The notes: a model not told the origin generated them from the letters alone. Numbered from the stretch's first letter, positions 8,629 through 16,343 are shown. The stretch: 24,000 nt of DNA from Dorea formicigenerans (GCF_025150245.1 NZ_CP102279.1:841423-865422); one strand, 5' to 3'. Translations and numbers: made by a program.

Positions 8629-10439
8629 TGAATGATAGTTATGGAGAAATAAATACGTTGCTAAAGACACGAAAAAATACAAAAAACAATGTTTTAAAGG
8701 AGAGAGTGATAGCAACACAGCAGAAGGAGGAAGAGAAAGGAGATACTTCATGCCGTGAAAAAATCCTCTCTCAGGATTTTCGGGATTTTATTATCCCGAA
8801 TTACCGGTTAGATCAGGAACTGGTCTATCCCAAGAGCCAGATTTGTGTGCAGAGCCTTGGCTTTGGCTATCGTGTAGCATATGTGGATCAAAGTCTAGGG
8901 GAAGAACTAAGCATTGCGGCTTATGGTTATAACAGCATTCCAAATTGCTATGCACTGTTGGATATGGAAGCTATGAATGAGACAGGAATCAGTGTGCTTC
9001 AGAATTACCCGGGTCTTAATCTTCGAGGAAAAGGAATTATGATTGGATTTTTGGATACAGGAATAGACTATGAAAATGAAATCTTTCGAAACATAGATGG
9101 AAGCAGTCGAATCACGGCGATATGGGATCAGACTGACCAGAACGGTCAGCCACCGGATACATTTACATATGGAAGTGAGTATACGAATAATCAGATTAAT
9201 CAGGCACTGAAAAGTGACAATCCAAAGGAAATTGTGCCAGTAAGCGATGAAAATGGACATGGTACATTTTTAGCAAGTGTGGCAGCAGGTGGAGAAAATA
9301 TCCAGGAAGGTTTTACCGGGGCGGCATCAGAGGCTGAAATTGCAGTAGTGAAGTTAAAAGAAGCGAAAGATTATCTGCGAAAATTTTATGGAATACGACA
9401 GAAGGCAGTGTGTTATCAGGAGACAGATATTGTGCAGGGACTTCGGTATCTGCATCTTCTGGCACTGAAAAAACAGAAGCCCCTTGTTATGTGTGTGGCT
9501 CTTGGAACGAATCTTGGCGGACATAATGGAATGTCCAGTTTGTCGCGGATTCTCGGAAGCTATTCCAGACTGGTAGATCGGTGCGTGGTTATCGGAGGAG
9601 GAAATGAGGCAAATGAACGACATCATTTTCAGGGAAAACTGAATCAGGTAGGAGAGGTTCAGGAAGTGGAAATGCGTGTCGAAAGTGGAAATACGGGATT
9701 TGTAGCAGAATTATGGGGGACCATTCCCAATATTGTGACAGCGTATCTTATATCTCCGTCTGGGGAGAGAAGTCCGGTGATTTCCATTCGGCAGGGAAGT
9801 CGCTATCAGCTTACATTTCCCTTTGAGCAGACGGTTGTGGATGTGGAATACCAGTTGTTTTTGCGGGATGGAAGATCCCAGCTTTTGTTTTTGAAATTCG
9901 ATCGTCCGGCACAGGGTATCTGGAAGATAGGAGTACAGTCGCTGGGGCGTGCAGATGGAGAGTTTCACATCTGGCTTCCGGTGCGGGAATTTCTTGATGG
10001 AAATGTATATTTTCTGGAGGCAAGTCCGGACGTGACATTGACAGAGCCTGCGAATACCGATGATCCAATCACGGTTGCTTATTACAGGGGAGCAGATAAG
10101 AGTGTTGATATTAATTCTGGCAGAGGTTATACTAGAGACAAGAGAATAAAACCTGATTTTGCAGTTCCAGGAGTCCAGGTTTTGGGAGCAGGGGTAAATG
10201 GAACATTTGTAAGGCGAAGCGGTTCCAGTGTGGCAACGGGAATCACAGCCGGAGCCTGTGCGATGATCATGGAATGGATTTTGAACCAGCCGATTCCGAC
10301 AAGAGTTACCACAAGTCAGGTGGCAAATATTATCATATTAGGAGCACAGCAGAACACATTTTCAGAATTCCCGAACCGACAGTGGGGCTATGGAACGATG
10401 GACCTGTATCAATCGCTGGACAGATTGAGAAGATTATAA
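8629..10439 (+). CDS. Subtilisin-family (S8) serine protease, Csp-like, with no signal peptide
   Basis: The catalytic triad blocks are GFLDTGIDY (Asp), ENGHGTFLASVAAG (His) and SGSSVATGITAGACAM (Ser). There are ~320 aa between His and Ser. RITAIWDQT...PPDTFTYGSEYT resembles clostridial Csp germination proteases. The start is uncertain. The track start ATG 8598 lies inside the clpX terminator loop. ATG 8629 follows the T-run. GTG 8706 is only 3 nt after AAAGGAG. Confidence 0.8.
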
Positions 10440-10458
10440 CAGATAGGAGAGGTACAAT

Positions 10459-10746
10459 ATGGCAGACTTTTTTGAGCAGTTAGGAAAGAAAATTTCAGAC
10501 GTAGCAGAGGACTTTGGAAAGAAGACGGAAGATACCCTGGAAGTGCAGCGTATCAAAAGCCAGATTCGTTCTCTGGATCGTGCCAATGAAAGGGATTACA
10601 TCGAAATCGGAAAGAAGATTTATGAAAAATTCAAAGCAGGAGAAGTGGCGGACTTAGAGTACATTGCCCTGTGCGAATCAATCGAAAAGAGAGAGGAAGA
10701 AGCAGTACAGTGCCAGGAGGAGATACGCAAGATTCAGGAGGTATAG
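10459..10746 (+). CDS. Small acidic coiled-coil protein, hypothetical
   Basis: 95 aa with a GGAGAGG SD upstream. It sits tightly between neighbours, 19 nt after the protease stop and 3 nt before the next start. I recognised no family motif. Confidence 0.55.
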   Translation: MADFFEQLGKKISDVAEDFGKKTEDTLEVQRIKSQIRSLDRANERDYIEIGKKIYEKFKAGEVADLEYIALCESIEKREEEAVQCQEEIRKIQEV

Positions 10747-10749
10747 CAG

Positions 10750-11214
10750 ATGTTATTGATGGCAGCAGGAGGACTTCTCGTTGTGCTGGTGTGCGTGGAC
10801 ATGGGCATTAAGCAGTACATTGAGGAGAATTTTGAAGAAGAGGAAGAACGGGAGACAATTCTGGACAAAGTTGTGCTCCGGAAGGTTTATAATAAAGGCT
10901 TCTGTTTTAATACACTGGATAAGAAGCCGGAGCTGGTGAGAAAGACATCTGGTATCTTGTGTGCCGGGCTTGCAATTTATGATGCATGGCTCTTTCTCAA
11001 AAAAGGGAAATGGCTCAGAAAATTCGGCATGGTATTTTTGACAGCCGGTGCAATCAGTAATACCTATGACAGACTGATTCGTGGAAAAGTCATTGATTAT
11101 ATCGGAATCCAGTGGAAAAACAGCAGATTTCGAAGACTCACCGCGAACCTGGCAGATGTGTATGTAGTAATTGGGGCAGCAGTGACAGGCGTAGCGAAGA
11201 TATTCCGAAGATAG
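10750..11214 (+). CDS. lspA: Lipoprotein signal peptidase II (LspA-like)
   Basis: 154 aa with four hydrophobic segments. LspA-type blocks are present: VDMGIKQYI, VYNKGFCFN, GAISNTYDRLIRGKVIDYI and ANLADVYVVIG. Both catalytic Asp positions appear to be present. Confidence 0.7.
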   Translation: MLLMAAGGLLVVLVCVDMGIKQYIEENFEEEEERETILDKVVLRKVYNKGFCFNTLDKKPELVRKTSGILCAGLAIYDAWLFLKKGKWLRKFGMVFLTAGAISNTYDRLIRGKVIDYIGIQWKNSRFRRLTANLADVYVVIGAAVTGVAKIFRR

Positions 11215-11231
11215 AAAAAGCATTCTTAAAT

Positions 11232-11279
11232 AAAAATAGTGTGTAGGTCATTGCAAAGATAATCTACACACTATTTTTT
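11232..11279. terminator. Bidirectional rho-independent terminator between the convergent lspA-like gene and argG
   Basis: The arms aaaaatagtgtgtag (11232-11246) and ctacacactattttt (11264-11278) form a perfect inverted repeat. The A-run on one side and the T-run on the other give a U-tract on both strands. Confidence 0.8.
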
Positions 11280-11307
11280 ATGATTATTTTAATTATGGTT
11301 TCAAGAA

Positions 11308-12534
11308 TTATTTCTTATTGCTCTTTACTTCCTGAAGCTTCATAGCGCGAACCTTAAGCGGCAGTCCGAACAGATTGATAAATCCGTCAGCGTCGTGGTG
11401 GTCATAAAGGTCACCAGTTGTGAAGCTTGCAAGAGACTCATTGTAAAGTGAGTACGGTGAAGTTGTTCCGGCTTTGATGATGTTACCTTTGTAAAGTTTG
11501 AATTTCACTTCTCCTGTTACGTACTCCTGAGTTGACTCAACAAATGCCTGGATTGCCTCGCGAAGTGGTGTAAACCATTTTCCTTCATAAACAACCTGAG
11601 AAAGTTTATTTCCCATATCTTTCTTAACTTCTGTCGTAGCACGGTCAAGAACTAACTCCTCTAACTGCTGATGTGCCTCGTAAAGGATTGTTCCGCCAGG
11701 TGTCTCATATACACCACGGGATTTCATACCTACAACACGGTTCTCTACGATGTCGCAGATACCGATTCCGTGTTTGGCACCGAGCTCATTAAGTTTCATG
11801 ATGATCTCAGATACTTTCATCTGCTGTCCGTTTATACTTGTTGGTACACCTTTTTCAAATGTCATGGTTACATATTCACCCGCATCCGGAGCTTTTTCTG
11901 GTGTAACACCAAGTACGAGCAGATGCTCATAGTTTGGCTCGCAGGAAGGATCCTCAAGCTCAAGCCCTTCATGGCTGATGTGCCATAAGTTACGGTCACG
12001 GCTGTAGCTGTGGCTGGCATCAAATGGAAGGTCGATACCATGTGCTTTACAGTAAGCAATCTCGTCTTCACGGGATTCCATCTTCCAGAGATCTGTCATT
12101 CTCCAAGGAGCAATGATCTTGATGTCTGGAGCAAGTGCTGTGATACCAAGCTCGAAACGAATCTGGTCATTTCCTTTACCAGTAGCACCGTGGCAGATTG
12201 CTACAGCACCTTCTTTTCTTGCAATTTCAACTAATTTCTTAGCAATTGCCGGACGAGCCATAGCTGTTCCGAGTAAATATTTATTCTCATATACTGCATG
12301 AGCCTTTACACAAGGCATGATGTAGTTGTCGCAGAAATCATCAATGATATCCTCGATGTATAATTTGGAAGCACCAGCCATCTTTGCTCTTTCTTCCAGA
12401 CCATCTAACTCCTCGCCCTGTCCACAGTTAATGCAGCAGCAGATTACATCATAGCCAAATGTCTCTTTTAACCACGGAATAACAGCAGTTGTGTCCAGTC
12501 CGCCTGAATATGCTAATACGACTTTTTCTTTCAT
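11308..12534 (-). CDS. argG: Argininosuccinate synthase
   Basis: 408 aa with an AGGAGG SD. It has the N-type ATP-pyrophosphatase motif AYSGGLDTT and blocks such as HGATGKGNDQIRFE and SRDRNLWHISHEG. Confidence 0.95.
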   Translation of the reverse strand: MKEKVVLAYSGGLDTTAVIPWLKETFGYDVICCCINCGQGEELDGLEERAKMAGASKLYIEDIIDDFCDNYIMPCVKAHAVYENKYLLGTAMARPAIAKKLVEIARKEGAVAICHGATGKGNDQIRFELGITALAPDIKIIAPWRMTDLWKMESREDEIAYCKAHGIDLPFDASHSYSRDRNLWHISHEGLELEDPSCEPNYEHLLVLGVTPEKAPDAGEYVTMTFEKGVPTSINGQQMKVSEIIMKLNELGAKHGIGICDIVENRVVGMKSRGVYETPGGTILYEAHQQLEELVLDRATTEVKKDMGNKLSQVVYEGKWFTPLREAIQAFVESTQEYVTGEVKFKLYKGNIIKAGTTSPYSLYNESLASFTTGDLYDHHDADGFINLFGLPLKVRAMKLQEVKSNKK

Positions 12535-12589
12535 TTTCGAAATCCTCCTAATGTATCATTTACTTTCTATTCTAATAAGAAAATATCTT

Positions 12590-12637
12590 ATTTGCAATCG
12601 CAAATCATACTATACACCTAAATTCATAAATATGCAA
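12590..12637 (-). promoter_or_regulatory. Candidate argG promoter plus a palindrome at the predicted transcription start
   Basis: On the - strand, TTGCAT (12637-12632) is followed by a 17-nt spacer and TATAGT (12614-12609). Immediately downstream is the 6-4-6 palindrome ATTTGC-aatc-GCAAAT (12590-12605). Confidence 0.4.
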
Positions 12638-12849
12638 GAAAAAAATGGAAAAATCTTTTTAATATGCAAAATATGCATTGGAAATGTATAAAAACGGAGA
12701 GTTGTATAAATGAAGAAACAGGAAGAAAATAGTAAATACAAGAAAAATAAAGAAAATACAGAAAAAATATAAGCACTAATCCTATTAATATGATATGCAA
12801 TATGTATAAACATTAACAATAAATATAAGGGATTTAATGCATTTATCAA

Positions 12850-12879
12850 TTGGACGTGTCGAAAAAAAGAAACTAAAAT
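12850..12879 (+). promoter_or_regulatory. Candidate promoter for the yedE-like operon
   Basis: TTGGAC (12850-12855) is followed by an 18-nt spacer and TAAAAT (12874-12879), about 50 nt upstream of the ATG at 12930. Confidence 0.35.
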
Positions 12880-12929
12880 AGAAGTTGTAATCTAAAGACG
12901 AGAGTTATGTTATTGGAGGAGGAAAAAAA

Positions 12930-14030
12930 ATGAATTTAACAGGCTCAAAGAAAACACTTGCGTTGGCAGGTGTGATATGCGGACTTGTAGCAGCATGTCT
13001 TGCATATTTTGGTAACCCGGCAAATATGGCATTCTGTATCGCATGTTTTATCCGTGATACAGCTGGTGCAATGGGGATGCATCAGGCTGAAGCAGTAATG
13101 TATGCAAGACCAGAGATTATCGGTCTGGTTCTTGGTGCATTTATTATTTCAATTGCGACAAAAGAATTCCGCTCTACAGGTGGATCTTCACCGATGATTC
13201 GTTTTGTACTTGGTGTGATCATTATGATCGGAGCACTCGTATTCCTGGGATGCCCGCTTCGTATGGTACTTCGTATGTCAGCCGGTGATTTAAATGCATG
13301 GGTAGCACTTATCGGATTTATTCTTGGAGTAGCAACTGGTGTATTTGCTCTGAAACAGGGATTCAGCCTTGGAAGAGCACAGGCAACAACAAAAGCAAGT
13401 GGAGCAGTACTTCCGGTCATCGTTGTTGGAATTTTGATTCTTGCAACATGCACATCACTTTTGAAAGTAAGTGCGGCTGGTCCGGGAAGTTTACACGCAC
13501 CAATCATTATGTCTCTTGTAGGAGGCCTGATCTTCGGAGCTATGGCTCAGAAATCAAGAATGTGCTTTGCAGGTGGAATCCGTGATGTCATTATTATGAA
13601 GAACTTTGATTTATTATCTGTTATTGGCGGACTTTTCGTTGTAATGCTGATCTTCAATATTGCAACAGGAAAATTTGTAGTAGGATTTAACACACCAGGA
13701 GTTATTGCACATTCTGAACACTTGTGGAATATCCTTGGTATGTATACAGTTGGATTTGCAGCAGTTCTTGCAGGTGGATGCCCGCTTCGTCAGTTAATCC
13801 TTGCAGGACAGGGATCTTCTGATTCAGGAGTCACTGTAATCGGAATGTTCGTAGGAGCAGCAATCTGCCACAACTTCGGACTTGCAGCAAGTGGAACAGC
13901 ACTTAACCCGGAGACAAAAGCTGTTGTAGCCGGAGCAGTTCCAACTAACGGAAAAGTTGCATGTATTCTTTGCATCGTAGTTCTGTTCATCATAGCATTT
14001 ACATGCAAGAGAGAGACAGCTAAGAAATAA
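12930..14030 (+). CDS. yedE: YedE/YeeE-family membrane transporter (thiosulfate, or putatively selenium)
   Basis: 366 aa, polytopic, with a GGAGGAGG SD. Family-typical Cys-containing re-entrant motifs are present: GNPANMAFCIACFIRD, VFLGCPLRMVLRMSAGDLNA, KSRMCFAGGIRD and AGGCPLRQLILAGQG. Confidence 0.8.
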   Translation: MNLTGSKKTLALAGVICGLVAACLAYFGNPANMAFCIACFIRDTAGAMGMHQAEAVMYARPEIIGLVLGAFIISIATKEFRSTGGSSPMIRFVLGVIIMIGALVFLGCPLRMVLRMSAGDLNAWVALIGFILGVATGVFALKQGFSLGRAQATTKASGAVLPVIVVGILILATCTSLLKVSAAGPGSLHAPIIMSLVGGLIFGAMAQKSRMCFAGGIRDVIIMKNFDLLSVIGGLFVVMLIFNIATGKFVVGFNTPGVIAHSEHLWNILGMYTVGFAAVLAGGCPLRQLILAGQGSSDSGVTVIGMFVGAAICHNFGLAASGTALNPETKAVVAGAVPTNGKVACILCIVVLFIIAFTCKRETAKK

Positions 14031-14103
14031 GAACAGAAAGAAATTCAGATGAAATAATTATAACAGAATAGCTGAAAATAATGTCTGAAAGGAGTATATA
14101 GAT

Positions 14104-14307
14104 ATGGTAGAAGTAGATGCAAGAGGACTTTCCTGCCCAGAGCCGATCATGTTGACAGCAGAGGCTCTGAAGAATGAAAAAGGTCCAATTAAAGTATTGG
14201 TAAGTGAGCCGGTACAGAAAGAAAATGTTGAAAAATATGCAAAGAGTCAGGGAAAGAAACCAACATCAAAGGAAGTTGGGGACGAGTTTGAAATCGTCAT
14301 TGAATAA
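14104..14307 (+). CDS. TusA/SirA-like sulfurtransferase (YeeD/YedF N-domain-like)
   Basis: 67 aa with an AAAGGAG SD. The active-site motif VDARGLSCPEPIM (CPxP) is present, and the gene lies immediately downstream of the YedE-family gene. Confidence 0.8.
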   Translation: MVEVDARGLSCPEPIMLTAEALKNEKGPIKVLVSEPVQKENVEKYAKSQGKKPTSKEVGDEFEIVIE

Positions 14308-14345
14308 GATTTCCTGATTTAGGCATCAGACGCATATGGAAGTTC

Positions 14346-14376
14346 AGGAGCAGTCGTGAAAACGGCTGCTTCTTTG
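14346..14376 (+). terminator. Probable terminator after the tusA-like gene
   Basis: The arm aggagcagtcg (14346-14356) and the arm cggctgcttct (14363-14373) flank a tgaaaa loop. The 11-bp stem includes two G-U pairs. The following T-tract is weak. Confidence 0.4.
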
Positions 14377-14408
14377 CATATATCTTTGCACATATCTCGC
14401 ACATATCT
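14376..14408 (+). repeat. Three phased direct repeats of GCAYATATCT
   Basis: gcatatatct lies at 14376-14385, and gcacatatct lies at 14388-14397 and at 14399-14408. The spacing of 12 and 11 bp is roughly one helical turn. The repeats sit just upstream of the candidate padR promoter. Confidence 0.6.
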
Positions 14409-14423
14409 ATCTACAGAAAATGC

Positions 14424-14528
14424 TTGACATATATCAATTGTCGATATACTATATAGATAACCGATATATCGATTGCCGATATAAAACATTGTTTTAATGA
14501 TGAAAGTCAATTTATATCAGTTATATCG
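14424..14528 (+). promoter_or_regulatory. Candidate padR promoter followed by an array of CGATATA/TATATCG half-sites (putative operators)
   Basis: TTGACA (14424-14429) is followed by a 17-nt spacer and TACTAT (14447-14452). CGATATA occurs at 14442, 14462 and 14477. The palindrome CGATATATCG lies at 14462-14471. TATATCG lies at 14522-14528, and TATATCA occurs at 14430 and 14513. All of these sit in the long leader before the ATG at 14618. Confidence 0.4.
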
Positions 14529-14617
14529 GATAAGATGTGTCGGCAGGGTAGATATGAATGCAAAAATCAGAACTGATTAAAAAGATTCTGAATTGAAAAA
14601 GAAAGGGGAGGTATAAA

Positions 14618-14953
14618 ATGGCAGTAGATAAAAGCCTGGTGTCCGGAAGCACGATGATGTTGATTCTTAAGCTTCTGGAAGAGAAAGACATGTATGGTTA
14701 TGAGATGATCGAGACTTTGAGGGAGAAGTCAGAGAATGTATTTGAGTTAAAAGCAGGAACATTATATCCGCTCCTTCATGGACTGGAGGAAAAGGAGTTT
14801 GTAAAGTCTTACGAGCAGGAAGCGGGTGGAAAGACAAGAAAGTATTATTCCATAACAAGAGAAGGAAAGAAGCAACTCCGGGCAAAAGAAAAAGAATGGA
14901 AAGAATACGCCGGAGCAGTGAGAAATGTTCTGGGAGGTGTATGCTTTGGATAG
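14618..14953 (+). CDS. PadR-family transcriptional regulator
   Basis: 111 aa with a GGGGAGG SD. The PadR winged-HTH signature is present: LILKLLEEKDMYGYEMIETLREKS...FELKAGTLYPLLHGLEEKEFVKSY...RKYYSITREGKKQL. Confidence 0.9.
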   Translation: MAVDKSLVSGSTMMLILKLLEEKDMYGYEMIETLREKSENVFELKAGTLYPLLHGLEEKEFVKSYEQEAGGKTRKYYSITREGKKQLRAKEKEWKEYAGAVRNVLGGVCFG

Positions 14954-16343
14954 ACAGGAATATTTGAAATCTTTGACGGAACAGATTCGTACAAAGCGTG
15001 CGCGAACCATGGTCGCGGAGGAAGTAGAAGCACATATTGAAGACCAGAAACAGGATTTCATGGCTCATGGATTAGGTGAAGAAGAAGCCGAGTCGATGGC
15101 TGTAGTGGAGATGGGAGATCCAGTGGAGGCAGGCGTGAAGCTTGACCGGGTGCACCGCCCGAAGATGGAATGGACAGTTCTGATGGCGATTTTAATTATT
15201 AGTATTATGGGACTGATCCTACAGGCGGTAGTTACTTCGTCTTTTCCAACAATGAATATGAGTACACTGGAAGCTTTCAAAGATAACTTTTTGTATGGCG
15301 GAATTTGGAGTGCAATGTTAATAGGAATTGCGGTCATGTTAGGAATCTGTTATCTGGATTATTCTATATTAGTAAAGTGGTCATTTCCAATTTGGGCAGT
15401 CATGCAGATACCGGCAGTCTTTTCTATAGTTAGTAAGCTCTTTTTTGATGAAACAATGTGGATTGGACCGATGGTCAATGGCAGAAGTATAGTTCAGATG
15501 TTATTGTCCTATCTGGTCATTCCCTTTTACGCAGGGACAATTTATCATTTCCGCAGAAAAGGAACGAAAGGACTGATCATTAGTACCGTGTGTCTTGGAA
15601 TATCAGTACTTACCGATTTGATGATACCATTTATGTCATCTGCAGTTGTTACAGGAATTACAGGGCTGGTCTTACTGCATGTGGCGGTCTGTAAGGGCTG
15701 GTTTGGAGAAAATAAAAAGAAATTTTTGACCAGGATGTGGGGTGTGATTGGAATCTGCCTGCTACTGATGTCCGGAATAACATTTTGGTGTAATGGACGT
15801 TTCGTTACAGATTATCAGGTACATCGACTGGAAGCTTTAATTACCGGAGAACACTGGGATTATACAAGAGGTGCGGTTGCAGACGTAGCAAATGCTGCAA
15901 AAGATCCAAACTCAAGTAAATGGCATGAGTCGCAGTCTTCCGGGAAACTAGAAGTAACGGATCCATATAATGGTGCCACAGAAGTAGAAGCTGTCACGCT
16001 TTATAATTATGCAAGAAATGATTATATTTGGACATACCTGTTCCATTATTTGGGAAATGTAAAAGGAGTTTTTCTGGTTGTAGTATTTGCGGTATTTATG
16101 GCTCTATTGCTTCGAATGGCGGTAAAACAGAAGAATCGCCTGGGATATATGCTCAGCATCGGCTGTGTAATATTTTTGATTTTACAGTCATTGTTCTATA
16201 TTGGAGTAAATGCAGGACTTTATCCGATTAGCGGAAATTATATGCCATTTTTATCTCATGGAAATATGACCATGATGATTACTTACTTTTATATGGGAAT
16301 ATTGTTGTCCGTGTACCGGAATACCAACGTCGTGAAAAATTAG
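14925..16343 (+). CDS. Fusion of a PadR-associated cytoplasmic helical domain ('permease prefix'-like) with a divergent 10-TM SEDS (FtsW/RodA/SpoVE-like) domain
   Basis: 472 aa, overlapping the padR 3' end. An alternative start is TTG 14946, 8 nt after GGAGG. The N-terminal ~75 aa read EYLKSLTEQIR...EEVEAHIEDQKQDFMAHGLGEEEAESMAVVEMGDPVEAG. About 10 TM helices follow, with a large loop between TM7 and TM8. SEDS-like blocks include NDYIWTYLFHYLG (compare TDFIFavigEElG) and GLYPISGNYMPFLSHGNMTMM (compare G.lP.TG..LPF.SYGGSS). Confidence 0.7.
   Translation: MFWEVYALDRQEYLKSLTEQIRTKRARTMVAEEVEAHIEDQKQDFMAHGLGEEEAESMAVVEMGDPVEAGVKLDRVHRPKMEWTVLMAILIISIMGLILQAVVTSSFPTMNMSTLEAFKDNFLYGGIWSAMLIGIAVMLGICYLDYSILVKWSFPIWAVMQIPAVFSIVSKLFFDETMWIGPMVNGRSIVQMLLSYLVIPFYAGTIYHFRRKGTKGLIISTVCLGISVLTDLMIPFMSSAVVTGITGLVLLHVAVCKGWFGENKKKFLTRMWGVIGICLLLMSGITFWCNGRFVTDYQVHRLEALITGEHWDYTRGAVADVANAAKDPNSSKWHESQSSGKLEVTDPYNGATEVEAVTLYNYARNDYIWTYLFHYLGNVKGVFLVVVFAVFMALLLRMAVKQKNRLGYMLSIGCVIFLILQSLFYIGVNAGLYPISGNYMPFLSHGNMTMMITYFYMGILLSVYRNTNVVKN

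Noticed and set aside
10753-11223. A 156-aa - strand ORF that almost exactly mirrors the lspA-like gene.
   Set aside because: The + strand product has recognisable LspA motifs and tight operon spacing. The antisense product has no motifs, and its stop would run into the bidirectional terminator region.
12710-12772. A 20-codon mini-ORF (MKKQEENSKYKKNKENTEKI) with GGAG 10 nt upstream, considered as a leader peptide for attenuation of the yedE-like operon.
   Set aside because: It has no run of regulatory codons (no Cys, Met or Arg enrichment). I saw no alternative terminator/antiterminator hairpins downstream. Its Lys/Glu/Asn composition is what A-rich DNA encodes by default.
12491-12849. ORFs of 66 aa (+) and 79 aa (-) in the argG/yedE intergenic region.
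   Set aside because: The DNA is AT-rich and low-complexity, and the products are Ile/Phe/Leu/Tyr-rich. Neither has an SD. The region is better explained as divergent promoter and operator DNA.
14376-14530. Short direct repeats considered as a degenerate CRISPR array or as IS ends.
   Set aside because: The units are only 7-10 bp, adjacent or overlapping, with no spacers of unique sequence. No cas genes or transposase are nearby. A regulatory-site interpretation fits better.
12930-14617. I looked for selenoprotein signatures (an in-frame TGA with a downstream SECIS-like hairpin) near the YedE-family gene.
   Set aside because: All ORFs here are continuous with normal stops. The only hairpin (14346-14373) behaves as a terminator after the tusA-like gene.
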